A stretch of DNA of 64,000 nt from Eledone cirrhosa (taxonomy: Eukaryota), in NCBI GenBank assembly GCA_964016885.1, contig OZ024741.1:202864001-202928000 (forward strand), given 5' to 3'. Under the pieces are notes generated by a model. That model had not been told where the DNA came from, searched no databases, and was given only the letters and a program-made list of their open reading frames with translations. Position 1 is the stretch's first letter; each line of letters begins with the position of its first letter. Positions 12,331 to 28,642 of the stretch are shown piece after piece. The position numbers and the translations under genes are program-made.

Positions 12331-13231
12331 AAGTTATGTTTGCTTAGCAATATGTTATGATTGTTTTTATCAAAGTCGAGAAACAGGCAGAGAATCAGTA
12401 ACGTCATGAATTTCCCCTGAAGTAGACGTGATGATGGACGGTTATGTCTTAACCAGAATATCATTGAAAATTTATGTCATAACAGATAAATGTTTTCTTT
12501 TAGCGACAAATTGAATTGTTCATGTGTTACTTTCAAATTATTTCCAATCTCTTTAGTCTTAACAGATAATCCTTTCCATATCTCAAGCGCCTTTGAAAGA
12601 AGGCGGCCAATTGGTAGAATAGTTAAAGCGTCGGGTTAAAAATGGCTCGGTATTTGTTCCGGTTCACTGTTCCCTGAGTTCAATTCCGATCATGGTCATC
12701 TATGTGTTTTATCTATTAAAGATCGATAAATAAAGTGGCAGTATAATACTGGGATTTGTTCTCTGTCTGTGTGTCTCTCTGGAAGAAATAGGCTGCGTTC
12801 CGACCTGCAGAGTGATGGGCTCCACCACGTTTTAAACGTAGGCGAGATAAGCATAGAAAGAAAAGTCACATACCATGTGTACCATGTCATCTTAAAGACT
12901 CACGCAACTTTGACATATGATCAATTTTAAAAATGAGGCGGCGAATTGTCAGGGTCGTTTGAATGTTGGAACTCTTTGCTGTATTCGTTCTGGATATATA
13001 TATATATTTATATAGATATATACATATATAACGAAGGAGGTGTGGTAAGGAATCAGATGGACCATAACGCACCAGACTACTCAATACTTAGGGTGGTAGA
13101 GTGGGTAATAGGAAAAAGTTTAACCCCGACGGCAGAGCTCAATCCGTTTCGACGGCTATTTCTGGACTAAATTAGAATTTTTAGCGTGGTAAATAAATAG
13201 CCGAACCTTTCAAGGGGTAATTCCTTATATG

Positions 13232-13472
13232 GAAATGAATTCAAAAATGGCTAACAACCATCACGTGGCTAGCGGTCAAGGCAGAAATTTGTGATTGTAT
13301 ACATATACCCCTTTGATTTTAATATATACTCCCGTAAGGTTGAGTAAAACTTTAGGCAGTATCTGGCTGCGCTTTCTAGCAGCCAGCCTACTCGCCGACA
13401 GGCAACCAATCACAAATTTCTGCCTTGACCGCTAGCCACGTGATAGTTCTTAACCATTTTTGAATTCATTTC
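13232..13472. repeat. 66-bp inverted repeat (13232-13297 vs 13407-13472) of a hammerhead-bearing element
   Basis: GAAATGAATTCAAAAATGG...GTGATTG and its reverse complement; 13320-13470 is homologous to the reverse complement of 60640-60785. Confidence 0.85.
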
Positions 13473-13513
13473 TGGCGGGGATCACGGTAGAAACTTCAGT
13501 TCAAAATCGAGGC

Positions 13514-13599
13514 GTCTCTTGATGAATTCCAAGCATCGTGGATAAATTCAAGATCGGGTATATCCACAGAAAAGGAACGAAACTACCGGTAGTCGAGAC
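13514..13599 (+). ncRNA. Type I hammerhead ribozyme with long stem II (C3U change)
   Basis: GTCTC TTGATGA aTTCC..GTGGATA..TATCCAC..GGAAc GAAA CTACCGGTAG TC GAGAC. Confidence 0.7.
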
Positions 13600-14150
13600 T
13601 AGAGGAATTTTAGTAAAGTTTATATGCATTTTTTCTTCAAACTTCTATTTTATAACTAACTCCGTGTAGTTGATTATTTGTCTAGTCAATTTCTACGGTC
13701 TAAAAGAAATAACTAGGTAAATTTTATCTGGCTGTCCCTCGTGGAAGATAGTCTGTATCATTTTTCTATTATTTCTTCATAGTTACATTTTAAACTTATA
13801 GCCTCGTTTAAATGATTATTTATGCGGTTGATTTATATGGACTAGGGAGAGGAAATACTGTATATATTTTATCTAATAATTCTTCAAACTTTCAATTTTT
13901 ATATATATATATATGTATATGTGTGTGCGTGTGTGTATGTGTGTGTGTATACATGTGTGTACGTATGCATACTTACATTTATGTATCAGCTGTGCTAGGG
14001 TGAGAAACAAAATTCTAATGTTATTTATATATATAACGTCGAAAGAGATAGAAGGCTAAACAATGGAAAATGGACTGTAAGATGAGGTAACGAAAAGTAA
14101 AAGTAAGTTACCTGGTAATCTTTGTTTTGTTTTGTTGTTCTTTTATCTGT

Positions 14151-14186
14151 CCAATATTTCGGCACCTAAAAGTCCCTTCATCAGGG
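14151..14186 (-). ncRNA. Degenerate minimal hammerhead motif at the 3' end of a Penelope element
   Basis: Minus strand: CC CTGATGA aGGgAC ttttag GTgCC GAAA TATT GG; palindromic AATATT; only a 2-bp helix I. Confidence 0.5.
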
Positions 14187-14399
14187 TTTAAGGCACTTTC
14201 AGTGGATAATGTTCCAATTTCCTCTCTTTGGGATAATTTTTGATTTTGATTTAAATCTTTTTAAAAGTCATTTTCAAGCGTTTTTTTAATGGTTATTTCG
14301 CTTTCCACATGAATGACGTCAATTGCCAATATCAATTTTCTTTTTTGTGTGAGATGTTTAGTTTGTGTACCTCTGGGTGGGTCTTGTCAAGTACTGTGT

Positions 14400-16530
14400 G
14401 CTGAGTTCTAATCTATTATTTATTTCTATCACTGGCTTTAATGGTAATGGTAATATGTTGGTTGATGTTTCTACATTTGTCAATGTGTTTTTTCAATGAG
14501 GATGCGTGTGTGATGAGATGTTCGATAATGTGAGTGTGGAGTGCTCGAGTCATGCTACCAATGTAGAACTCCTTACATTTGTTGCATTCAATCTACAACT
14601 CCTTACATTTGTTGCATATACCACATGTATCCACTGGCACATACCTGTATCGCGGATAGGGCAGTTAGTCAGCGAGCATTGAATATGTTGTCTCTGGATT
14701 GCTTTTTAGACAGATATCCATGCAGTGAAGGGCCGGAGTGTGCTAATTGTATGTCCAGTCCTTCTTTGCGGATAGCTCTGCAGATAGCTGTGGTTTTGCT
14801 TTCGCTGAAATGTGGTAATTTCATGAAGCAGGTTTTAGAGGACGTCTTATGCCTGCGGCACCTTCGATTTTTAAGTCGATTCATTGTGGATGTTGTTCGT
14901 CTTCAGTATATCTATGAAGTGTGCAGTGTGAGTGTTCTGGTCCTCTGTCTTACTACATTTATTCCGGATACGTGTAAGTTCATTTCTTATGTATCCGGTT
15001 TTAGCACCAAAGGGCACGGCTGTTCTATAATGCACTAACAGGTCTCTGCTGGCAGCTTTCCTATAGGAGTTGGTGTATATAGTACCTTCATCTGTTACTC
15101 TAAGTTAGAAGTCCAGCAGAGACAAGGAACTATTTTTATCGGGGTGCTCTATGTAATCTTATGTTGTTATCTATGTTTGAAAATGTCGTAGATATTATAT
15201 CGGCCTCTTCACGGGATGATGTATGTCATCTATGTATCGGGTCAAGAGGACACACGAGCGACGGTTGTTGAACGTCCGACGTTCCAGTTGGCTCATATAG
15301 GTGATAGCTAGAAGGCCTGAAAGACTGGATCCCGTGGGTAGGCCTGCTGTTTGTTTGTATCTGTGGTGGTAGAAAGTGAAATATATATTTTCTACGATGA
15401 CGGATAGAAGCTTGTGGAGTGAGGGCGAAATAGTATATGTTGTATGAAATGATGCACTCAGTCACTAGGTTGACTGTTGGATGAGCAGGTACTGTCGAGG
15501 CTAAAGGCATATCTGTTGAGTTAGATTGGAGTTGGTTAGATTAGAGTTGATGTAGTCTTTGTATGACTTCGTCGGAGCTGCTGATATAACCAGGGAAAGT
15601 AGCAAGCATAGACTTGAGGATCAGAGAGAGGAACCAGGAGATTTTATAGAGGAGTCCTTCTATACTCGAGACAATTGGTCTAATCTGTAGATTAACACTG
15701 TTTTTGTGGGTTTTAATGAAGTGGTAGAACGTTGGTAGTCTGCTGTTTCTGGTGGTGAGGTTATTTTTATATTTGTTGGGGAGTTGTCTACGTCTGCAGA
15801 TATCCGTCCAGGTGGTGTCGATGTGATCTTCTATCTGGGATGCAGCTATGTCTGTCACCGTTGTTAAGGTGCTCATATGCTAAGCTGTTGTATGTCTCTC
15901 TCGAGATGACGCAGAATTCTGTCCCTTTGTCGGAAGGGAGATATACGAGGTCCTTCTCTCGCATGTTGTTTAGAATGAGGTGTTCTTTCCTGGAGAGGTT
16001 AGGGAGTACCGTCTTATGTTTCATTAATAATCTAGAAATAGACTGCTTAAGTCTGGAGAGACTGATGTCAAGCTCCCGGTTGATAGGCGGTGGAGAGAGT
16101 GGGTGGTGTGGTCTAAGTGGTATATAGGAAATTTAGTGTTGTTCATCACAGTAGTAGTGTTTATTACTGAGAGCCATTTGAGTTGGTAGGCAGCCCGGCA
16201 AAATCTGGCTTCAAGATTTAGTTTCATCCTGTCGTCTAGTCACTGAGTTAATATCAATTTGGGGCCAAGGCTGAGGAGTTTAAGTTCTTTGTGTGATAGC
16301 GATCCTGTCAAATCTGTGACGAGAGTTGTGGTATTATTTGAAGTGTCAGTGACCTCAGTGGTGGTAGTTCCTTGACTGTCTCTGTTGTTGTAGTGTGAAG
16401 AATTGCTGATGCGGTGGTGTTTCTTGCAAAGCCATAGGAATTTTCCTTTCAGGCATGCGTCGGATATCATGCTGATGAAACCTTTCCAAATGCCTGATAT
16501 GATGCTTGTAAGTTGTTCACGTTTCATATT
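14400..16530 (-). mobile_element. Penelope-like element, heavily decayed
   Basis: KLLSLGPK, YLPSDKG, LPTFYHFIKTHK, IRPIVSS motifs in broken ORFs 16240..16527, 15788..16024, 15541..15876; GIY-YIG remnant near 14500-14650. Confidence 0.85.
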
Positions 16531-16559
16531 CGTATAGCAGGGCTGTAAGAACTAAGGCC

Positions 16560-17135
16560 TCATACACAAAGAACTTTGTGTTTTTCATGATACCCCAATC
16601 TGGCCAGACTCGCTTCTCAAGCTTCCCAAAGGCAAGTCTCGCTTTCGCAATCCTGTGATCTATTTTTGCATCAAGGATATCATTTCTACAAAGTGTGTAC
16701 TTCCGAGATACACAAAGCTGTTCACCACCTCAAATCTTTTTCTTCTCACGAAAATATCTGGCTCCACGTACACTTCCCCAATTGGTGGAGTGTACGTGAT
16801 CTTTGTCTTTTTTATATTAACATTTAGTTCAAACAGTGCATGCATTGGAGAAGGTGTCCAATATCAACTGCATGCCACACATCTGTGTGACATAAAATCT
16901 GTATCATCAACGTACAGGAATTCCCTGACAAGAATGCCAAATGTTTAGGACTTGGTATTAAAACATCTTAGCTTAAAGACTTTACCAGAGGTTCAAATTC
17001 GCAAGTAAATACCGATTTCGAAGTCTTGGAATGGATATATCAGCTGCACGGCAAAGTAGATGCAGAACAGAGTGGGTGCAGGTATGTCACCTTGGTTGAC
17101 ACCGTTTTCCACTGACATTGGCTATGAAAGTGTCC
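16560..17135 (-). mobile_element. RTE-clade LINE RT fragment
   Basis: Minus strand PMSVENGVNQGDIPAPTLFCIYFA and VNIKKTKI..VVNSFVYLGST, homologous to about 26740-27240. Confidence 0.85.
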
Positions 17136-17145
17136 TATTGAAGAT

Positions 17146-17190
17146 ACATACATACATACATACATACACACATACATACATACATACATA
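17146..17190. repeat. (CATA)n microsatellite between head-to-head RTE and R4-like fragments
   Basis: Direct repeat run. Confidence 0.95.
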
Positions 17191-17590
17191 CATTCATGTT
17201 ACATGTTAGTAATTGTCTCAATACAAATCTTGAGAAGCTAGGCTTAACAGAAACAGAAAGAACACAACTAGTTAGGAAATTACAACTACAATCCATTAAT
17301 GGAACTGTAAAAGTATGTAAAAGATTCCAAACATTTTGCATCTAATAACTGCATATACACATGTACAGATACAAAGCGTATGCAGATGCACACATACAAC
17401 TCAAAATATCCACATCCACACATACAATAACATCCATACCTGCACACACATACATGCAGACATGCAGACATATCTACCTAGTTGATGTTGTGTAAATTCC
17501 AATGAGAGAGTCTTGTAACTATGTTAGAACCAACTCTCTCTATTGGCAAACATTTGTGAAATTATAAAACCAGAAGAACATACATACATA
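17191..17590 (+). mobile_element. 3' end of R4/Dong-like REL LINE with (CATA)n tail
   Basis: NCLNTNLEKLGLTETERTQLVRKLQLQSINGTVKVCK plus 3'UTR ending ACCAGAAGAACATACATAC; inverted homolog of about 24590-24965. Confidence 0.8.
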
Positions 17591-17597
17591 TATACAT

Positions 17598-17978
17598 AAC
17601 TGTTTCTACTTTAGGCACAAGTCCAGCAACTACCCAGTGCATTACTGGTACTTTATTTTATCGACCCCGTAAGGATGAAAGGCAAAGTCAACCTCGGCGG
17701 GATTTGAACTCAGATCGTAAAGGGACGTAACTATGCTGGAAAGCATGGCGTCCGACCCTCTACTGATACTGCCAATCCACCGCCCTCAATAATTGTTTCT
17801 ACTTTAGGCACAAGGCCAGCAATTACCCAGTGCATCACTGGTACTTTACTTTATCGACCCCGTAAGGATGAAAGGCAAAGTCAACCTCGGCGGGATTTGA
17901 ACGCAGATTTTAAAGGGACGTAACTATGCTGGAAAGCATGGCGTCCGATCCTCTACCGATACTGCCAATCCACCGCCC
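17598..17978 (-). mobile_element. Two tandem tRNA-derived SINEs (Nin/Deu-domain-like)
   Basis: Minus strand GGCGGTGGATTGGCAGTATC...GAGTTCAAATCCCGCCGAGG..GCCTTTCATCCTTACGGGGTCGATAAAATAAAGTACC. Confidence 0.85.
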
Positions 17979-18389
17979 TTTCATACATATATACATAACA
18001 AGGGCCTTCTGTAGTTTCCATCTATCAAATTCCACTCACAAGACACAGGTCAACCTGAGCCCATCGCAAATATATTTGCCCATAATGCTGTGCATTGGGA
18101 TTGAACACAGAACTACGTGGTTGTAAAACGGACTCCTTTACTACACAGCCATAACATTTTAATTTTTCTTTTCTGTATAGTCACCAGTTCCAAATATTTT
18201 TGGTTAAATGCTAAAATGTTTGCGTTGGATATAAACACTTCAAGTTAATTGCATTACATTCCTACTTCTAACATCCAAGTACAGATTCAGTAATTAAATT
18301 TAAAAGGGACGGGGAGAATATGGTCGGTTGTAACTTACGTAAATCAACAAAACTATTCCTGTATAGTTTGCGTGTTGTCTTCATATTTT

Positions 18390-19785
18390 TGAAGGCGGCG
18401 AAGCTGTAAAGTCGTTAAAACGTCGGATTAAATACCTTGGTATTTCCTCCAACTCTCTGAGATCATATCCCGCCAATGTCAACTTTACTTTCATCATTTC
18501 GAGGTCGATAAATGAAATACCATTCAACTACTGGATTAGATTTTTCTTCTATATCTCTTACTCAACTTCTCTCTATCACTCTCACTCATTCTCTGGAAGA
18601 GATGATCTGTGTTTCGACCTGGTTTAAAATGACTCGCCCTACGCCAGGATGGTGTTCCTTATCTTCATAATGGCGGGGATTGGCAGTATCGGTAGAGGGT
18701 TGGACGCCATGATTTGACGCATAGAGTTACGGCCCTTGTCATTCTGAGTTCAAATCCCGCCAGGGTTAACTTTGCCTTTCATCCTTACGGGGTCGATAAA
18801 ATAAAGTACCAGTAATACACTGGGTAATTGCTGGCCTTGTGCCAAAAGTAGAAACAATTATTAACCATTTTAAGTTAAACTGTCGTGATAATTTCCCCAC
18901 TATACGCTTGAAAAAAAGTAATGAATTTTCATTTAGACACAATGTTTTGGGGAGTGTTGGTGTAAAGTCGAATAAACCTACCGAGTACTTGGTTGGTAGT
19001 TTATCAACCACAGAAGGATGGAGAGCAAAGTTGGTCGCGACGGAATTTGAATTGAGAACGTAGAGTCGGAACAAATACCTCCATATATTCTATCCGACGC
19101 TTAAATGACTCTGCCAATTTACATGAAAATAATTTTTTTTCTAACATTGGTACACGGCTAGTAATTAGGAGGAAGACGAAAGTCTATATTGACCACAGTA
19201 ATTAACTGGTACTTTATTTTAACGACCCCGGAAGGACGAAAAGCAAAGTTAACCTCGGCGGGATTTGAACTCCGAACGTAGTAAATCGTAACTAAGTACC
19301 GCAAATCATTTTGTCCGACGTTCTACCCATACTGCCAATCTATCGCCCTAATACATAATAAATAATTGTTTCTACTTTTGGCACAAGGCCAGCAATTACC
19401 CAGTACATTATTGGTACTTTATTTTATCGACCCCGTAAGGATGACAGGCAAAGTTGACCTCGGCGGGATTTGAACTCAGAATGGAAAGGGCCGTAACTCT
19501 ATACGTCAAAGCATGACGTCCGACCCTCTACCGATACTGCCAATCCACCGCCCAATACATAACAAATAATGGTTTCTGATTTAGGCACAAGGCCAACAAT
19601 TTTGGAAGGGGAAAGTCGATTAAATCGACCCTAGTACAGTACTGTACTTTATTTTATCGACTCCGTGAAGATGAGCAGCAAAGTAAACCTCGATGGGATT
19701 TGAACTCAGAACATAAAGGGGCGTGACTCTATGCCACAGAGCATGTTGCCCGATGCTCTACCTATACTGCCAATACACCATCCTC
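18390..19785. mobile_element. Cluster of about 6 copies of the same tRNA-derived SINE family in mixed orientation
   Basis: Copies near 18393(+), 18672(+), 18940(-), 19135(-), 19363(-), 19566(-) share the B box and CATCCTTACGGGGTCGATAAA core. Confidence 0.85.
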
Positions 19786-20015
19786 ATACATAAGAAATAA
19801 TAAAGACAACAATAGGAATTTGGTGGTATTTTTGTGTTATTCACTTATTCCTTCGGATTCTACAGTTTCACTGTATAGTGGAGAGATTTTTTATATGAAA
19901 TATTTCCGTGTTGTAAGTAGGTCAGTGTGAACCTAATTCAATTCTGTCTGAATAAAAACTACAGATTCGCCAGAGATGCCACCATTACTATCCATGACGT
20001 CACTTGTTTCCGGTG

Positions 20016-20072
<57 letters not shown>

Positions 20073-20619
20073 GTAAAAGCCATACAAGTTTTTATATTTC
20101 GTATATTTTACGTGTTGGGAATCGTTTCAAGATTGAGTTAACTGACAACTTCCCATCAAAGTTTGGTTCTTTAACAGACTTTGAAATTGATGTGGCTCCG
20201 AGCATCTTCAACTAGTTTGACGCCAGTAACAAAAAATCTGGTGAGTTATTGGACAGCAATACTATTAAAAACTCAGTTATTAAGGGTGGCCAGATATTTT
20301 TTGAGTATACTTGCGGTTATCTCTTATAATTACATCAAGTTACTTTTCGTCTTGCTTCTTCATATCTCTGAAATATAAATGAATCTATTTCTTTTCTTTG
20401 TTGACCTTCTTATAACATTATCGTTAATATTCCCCTCTCTGTTTCCTACCGCCGTCCGATTTCATAATGTCAATTTACTATTCTAGAGATAAAGAACAAC
20501 AATACATACAAACAATAATTAATATGAAGCAGATTTTGTCGAACCTTTTTTTTACTGATTATATTCTAAATACTTTCTTAAGTATAATTGGTCATTACCA
20601 ATAACATATAATATAATTG

Positions 20620-21730
20620 CAGGCACATAGCTTAGTGGTTAGAGCATTGGACTTGCAATTGAGAGGTTGAGTTCGATTCTCGGAGTAGATGATGCGTTGT
20701 ATCCTTGAGCAAGACACCTTATTTAACGTTGCTCCAGTTCACTCAGTTGTAGAAATGAGTTGCGACGTCACTGGTGCCAAGCTGTATCGGCCATTGCCTT
20801 TCCCTTGGACAACATCGGTGACGTGGAGAGGAGAGACTGGTATGCATGGGCGACTACTGGTCTTCCACAAAACAAACCTTGCCAAGGCTTGTGCCTCGGA
20901 GGGAAACTTTCTAGGTGCAAAACCATGGATATTCGTGACCGAGTGGGGCCTCTAAATAATACAATTGGTCGATTTCGCAGGGTCGTTAGAACGTTGGATA
21001 TTTGTTCCGGGTCGCTACTTTCTGAGTTCAAACTCTGCTGGAGTTCATTTTGTTTTTCATCATTCGGGGTCGATGAAAAAATACTGGACAGCTCTCATTC
21101 CTTCCAATTGTTACATCCTGGGTGTTCCGTTGGATCAAAGGAGGAAGGGTCGAGAGGATATCTGTAATTGCTCGCGACTGCATGGACACCTAAAATACTT
21201 AACGAAAGCATAGTACATACTATCAAGTCATACCCGATGCAACTGACAGCTGTAGTTTAATTGATCACTGTCAGACAAAACACTATGTTGTTGGAACTCC
21301 ATTGGTCCCGACAACGAGTGTTTTGTTCAATTAACAGACGGTCTGCTCGTGAAATTAACGCTTAAGTGGCTGATGAGCATTCCATAGACACGTGTACCTG
21401 TAACGTAATTCTCAGGAAGATTCAGCGTAGCAAAGTGTGTGATAAGGCTGACCCTTTGAATTACAGGTGCAGACCATATTGTATTATAGTGCAAGTGGCT
21501 GAGCATTTCACAAACACGTGTACTCTTACAGTAGTGATCAGAGAGATTCAGCATAATAAAGTGTGACAAAGCTTCGAATTACAGGTGTAACTAATTTTAC
21601 CCAGCTGGGGGTACTAGACCAACGTTCAATAAAGTGCCTTGCTTAAGGACTAAACGTGACGCCGGGAATCGAACTAATGACCCAATAAATGAGCCAAACA
21701 CTTTAACATCTAAGCCACGTCCTTTCAGGA
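20620..21730. mobile_element. Cluster of tRNA-derived SINEs (CORE-like and Nin-like)
   Basis: TAGCTTAGTGGTTAGAGC..GAGTTCGATTCTC..TCCTTGAGCAAGACAC at 20620(+); Nin-like copy near 20980; minus-strand copy ending near 21725. Confidence 0.7.
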
Positions 21731-22899
21731 ATATCGATAGAGAGCAACACTAATGATAAAGTATGAACGTAACGTCTTTGGTTAAGAAGTCTAACATCCT
21801 GTTAGTTCAACCAGCTGTAGTTCTTTCCAGTTAAATTATACACCACATCAAAACGGTAAACAGGCCAACTCGATCACAAGGAAAGAAAACAAAATTTCTG
21901 TTACTTCTTACACTCATTCAGCGATTTCCTTTAAAAAAATATTTTTATTATGAGATCTGAGACGACGGTTGTTTTTATTTGAAAAAAATAATGTTGCAAA
22001 TTTAGCATCATTGAAATATGATATTAAAAAATTCAATCCAAGAAAATTAATTATATTTTCGTCAGAAATAGATACAAAACTGTTTCCAGCACCTGAGTGG
22101 ATATAAAGTTACTAAAACTTTCGTCCCAGTCTAATTATCACCACAAACATTGGCATAACCTTATGAATCAAACAAAACTATGAAATCTACAAGAACTTAA
22201 GGATTGCCCATAGAAATAATGTTTCTACTTTAAATTACTCTATAATTGAACATCTTTTAATTACCTTCTCCGCTATACTTGCTATTTGCATCTGTTTATG
22301 AACCTTAAACAAATAGTCTTTCGTATATTACCAGCCGAGACTGGTTTTAGTTTCTCACTGGACAAATAGACCAGTGGTTAAACTTCTCTCTCTACTCCCC
22401 TTTTACATCCCTTCTTTTTTCTATCTCCATATATATATATTATGGTTATTGTTAATCAGCCATAATTGATAGCTGATTAATAATATTATTAGTAAGAGTT
22501 ATTCCCCTTTCATTACGAAAACAAAACGTCATTATTACCTCTTGCACCTAACGAGATCTCACGTTAATAGCGTCGGCCAACTGAAAGATAACGATGCATA
22601 TAACACTGCTAACGCACAATCTGACACAAATGCGAAGTTTAAAACCGGAGGTAGCAACATTTATGTGTTGAAGACAATAACCATAATATTTTAGCTCTGT
22701 TCTTCGCATAGAGCGCTCTATTCCTGTTATCTGTTCGATAGAACCTTTCAACACTAATCAAACTGCTCCCGGCGGAGAGTGATCGATGTAAAGATTTGCA
22801 CCAAGATTGGTGCAAATGGGAAGTTGAGCACTCTAAAGATACAAAGATACAAACCAACACACAGCATGATGGAGTTATATGAGATCGACTATTTCACAA

Positions 22900-23390
22900 A
22901 GAATATACCAACACCAACCAATAAAACTTACAACAAATCATTTCAAGTCAAGTCTATTTCCTCCTAGAGCTAGAGAACTAGCACCATTTGAAGCGGACTT
23001 ACTACATCTGATTAATGATACAACATTCCAAACTAAACTTTCACATGTTCTCAACAAATTTAAATCTTCTAATAATACATTTGTCTTCTTTGATAAAAAA
23101 AAAATTTACACGAAGTTTTATTAAGTAATTAACTAATACTTAATAATACCACTAATAAATAACAAAAAGTTAAACCTATCAACTATAACACGATTAATAA
23201 TGAGGCTAAAGATATCGCTAAATACTTAAAGATAGATAAACGAATGGGAAGCTTAACCAAACGCAATGTTTATATCACTTTGAAAGATCATAAAAATGAC
23301 TTTAATAATAGACCTAGTTTTAGATTAATAACCCCACTAGAAGATCTACGATAGGGCTAGCTAGTAAGAAGATAGAACCTTTCAACACTA
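22900..23390 (+). mobile_element. Penelope-like element N-terminal/RT-start fragment
   Basis: ELAPFEADL, FFDK, ITLKDHKNDFNNRPSFRLI motifs in broken frames. Confidence 0.8.
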
Positions 23391-23406
23391 ATTACGCACA
23401 CACACA

Positions 23407-23493
<87 letters not shown>

Positions 23494-23494
23494 G

Positions 23495-23935
23495 TATATA
23501 TAGAGTATTTTGCAATACACTGTATGCTTAATTGAAAGCATTTTGAAGACCTTACGCCATTGTTTTAAAGTAGTGACAGTGTCACTTACTTCAATTTTTA
23601 GCAAACAAGGGGAGATAAGCTGACAGAGCTCTGTTTCGTACTTGTTGGTATTTATCAAAGCTCACTACTCCTATTTGCTGAACACTGAAGTAAGTGACAC
23701 TGTCACTACTTTAAAACGATAGCGTAAGGTCTTCAAAATGCTTTGAATTGAGCATACAGTGTATTGCAAAATATACTATATATACATTCATATATATATC
23801 GCTAATTCAGAGCACCAATTCTAATTTTCAATTTTTGCTGGACCGCCAACAGCTCTGTATAATCTCTTCCTGATTATTACTGGAATTCTATAAGAATCCA
23901 ACATTCATAATTTTCAGCAAACAGGAGGAGTGGTG
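23495..23935. repeat. Fold-back (inverted plus direct) copy of the 321-bp hammerhead repeat family
   Basis: About 23495-23595 mirrors 23687-23790; 23687-23932 aligns with the 9126-9712 unit in permuted order. Confidence 0.85.
23617..23663 (-). ncRNA. Type I hammerhead ribozyme, U3-A8 variant (diverged family member)
   Basis: Minus strand GAGCT TTGATAA aTAC caacaa GTAc GAAA CAGAGCTCTG TC AGCTT; compensatory changes versus the 9515 copy. Confidence 0.75.
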
Positions 23936-24589
23936 ACAAGTACGTGACAAACCTCTTCTCGAATAATTTCAATTGATTATTCTTGAAAAAATATAGTCTC
24001 GTATAAATAGAATTTATAAAATAGGCCAAAATAAATTTTGCTGTTCGTAATAATGTTTTCGAGATTAGGTTGGGCTCATTTCTATGAGCATAGTAAAATG
24101 AACAAATAAGCTTTTGTCCATCCTTCTAATAATGTGATTCGAGTTAACAAAATTCTGCTCGATCTATTGATAATAATCTTTAAAATATCAAAGACTTTAT
24201 TTCACTAGTTCCAAAGAATATAAATGTTTGCTTAAATAAATTGTGTTGCTCATAATAAATGTTACATAAACACAATTTAATGAAGGAGAACGGGCTGATT
24301 CAGTTTTGCTGGAGTTCGTGTAGGACGAGGCATTATGTCTTTGATCTGTCATAACTTACTATCGCGAACTGAAATATCAATAACAAATTGTGGAATACAA
24401 AAAGAAAAATAATGTTGCCACGTTCGTGTACTATTTATATGAATATGTATGATTTATATGAGTATGTGTACCCTTGTAAATATGTCTAGAAGTCCCATGT
24501 AGGAAGAAATAAATTTTGAAACCATCATTTGGCATTCGGAAATCTTATCCATGCACCAGTGAAATTTATTTTATAGTTGACTGACTGAC

Positions 24590-28136
<3,547 letters not shown>

Positions 28137-28308
28137 TTGCTATTGTGTGTGTGTGTAGATGTGTTTGTGTGTGTGAGTGTGTGTGTATATATATATGTAT
28201 ATGTATATTATTATTGTTGTTGTCGTTATTATTATTGTTGTTATTATTATTATTATTGTTGTTATTAATGTATATGTGTGTGTGTGTATGTGTGTGTATA
28301 TGTGTATA

Positions 28309-28354
<46 letters not shown>

Positions 28355-28436
28355 TAAAGTTAGTCCTTCATCAGTGATCTTCCAACCATCATTGGTATTT
28401 CATAGCTTTAAAGACCATATACCTCCGGTTGGTGCG

Positions 28437-28642
28437 AGCAACGGCTAAAAAAAGTCGTTGGGACACGTAATTAAAGGGGACACGAGTGTAAACAAACAAA
28501 ATGGTGAAGCAACGGAAGGTGTGGAAGAAGGAGTCAAGTCCCAAATTTCTTCTTCCACACTTTCCGTTGCTTCACCATTTTGTTTGTTTACACTCGTGTC
28601 CCCTTTAATTACGTGTCCCAACGACTTTTTTTAGCCGTTGCT
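28437..28642. repeat. About 95-bp-arm near-perfect hairpin abutting the broken end of an R4-like LINE
   Basis: AGCAACGGCTAAAAAAAGTCG...GTGTGGAAGAAG / CTTCTTCCACAC...CGACTTTTTTTAGCCGTTGCT. Confidence 0.92.

Noticed and set aside
19995-20016. TGACGTCA (CRE) plus TTCCGG motif pair as a promoter
   Set aside because: Short motifs expected by chance in 64 kb; no associated gene evidence
17598-21730. tRNA-like A/B box sequences as tRNA genes
   Set aside because: Heads of multi-copy SINEs with shared downstream cores and no intact cloverleaf
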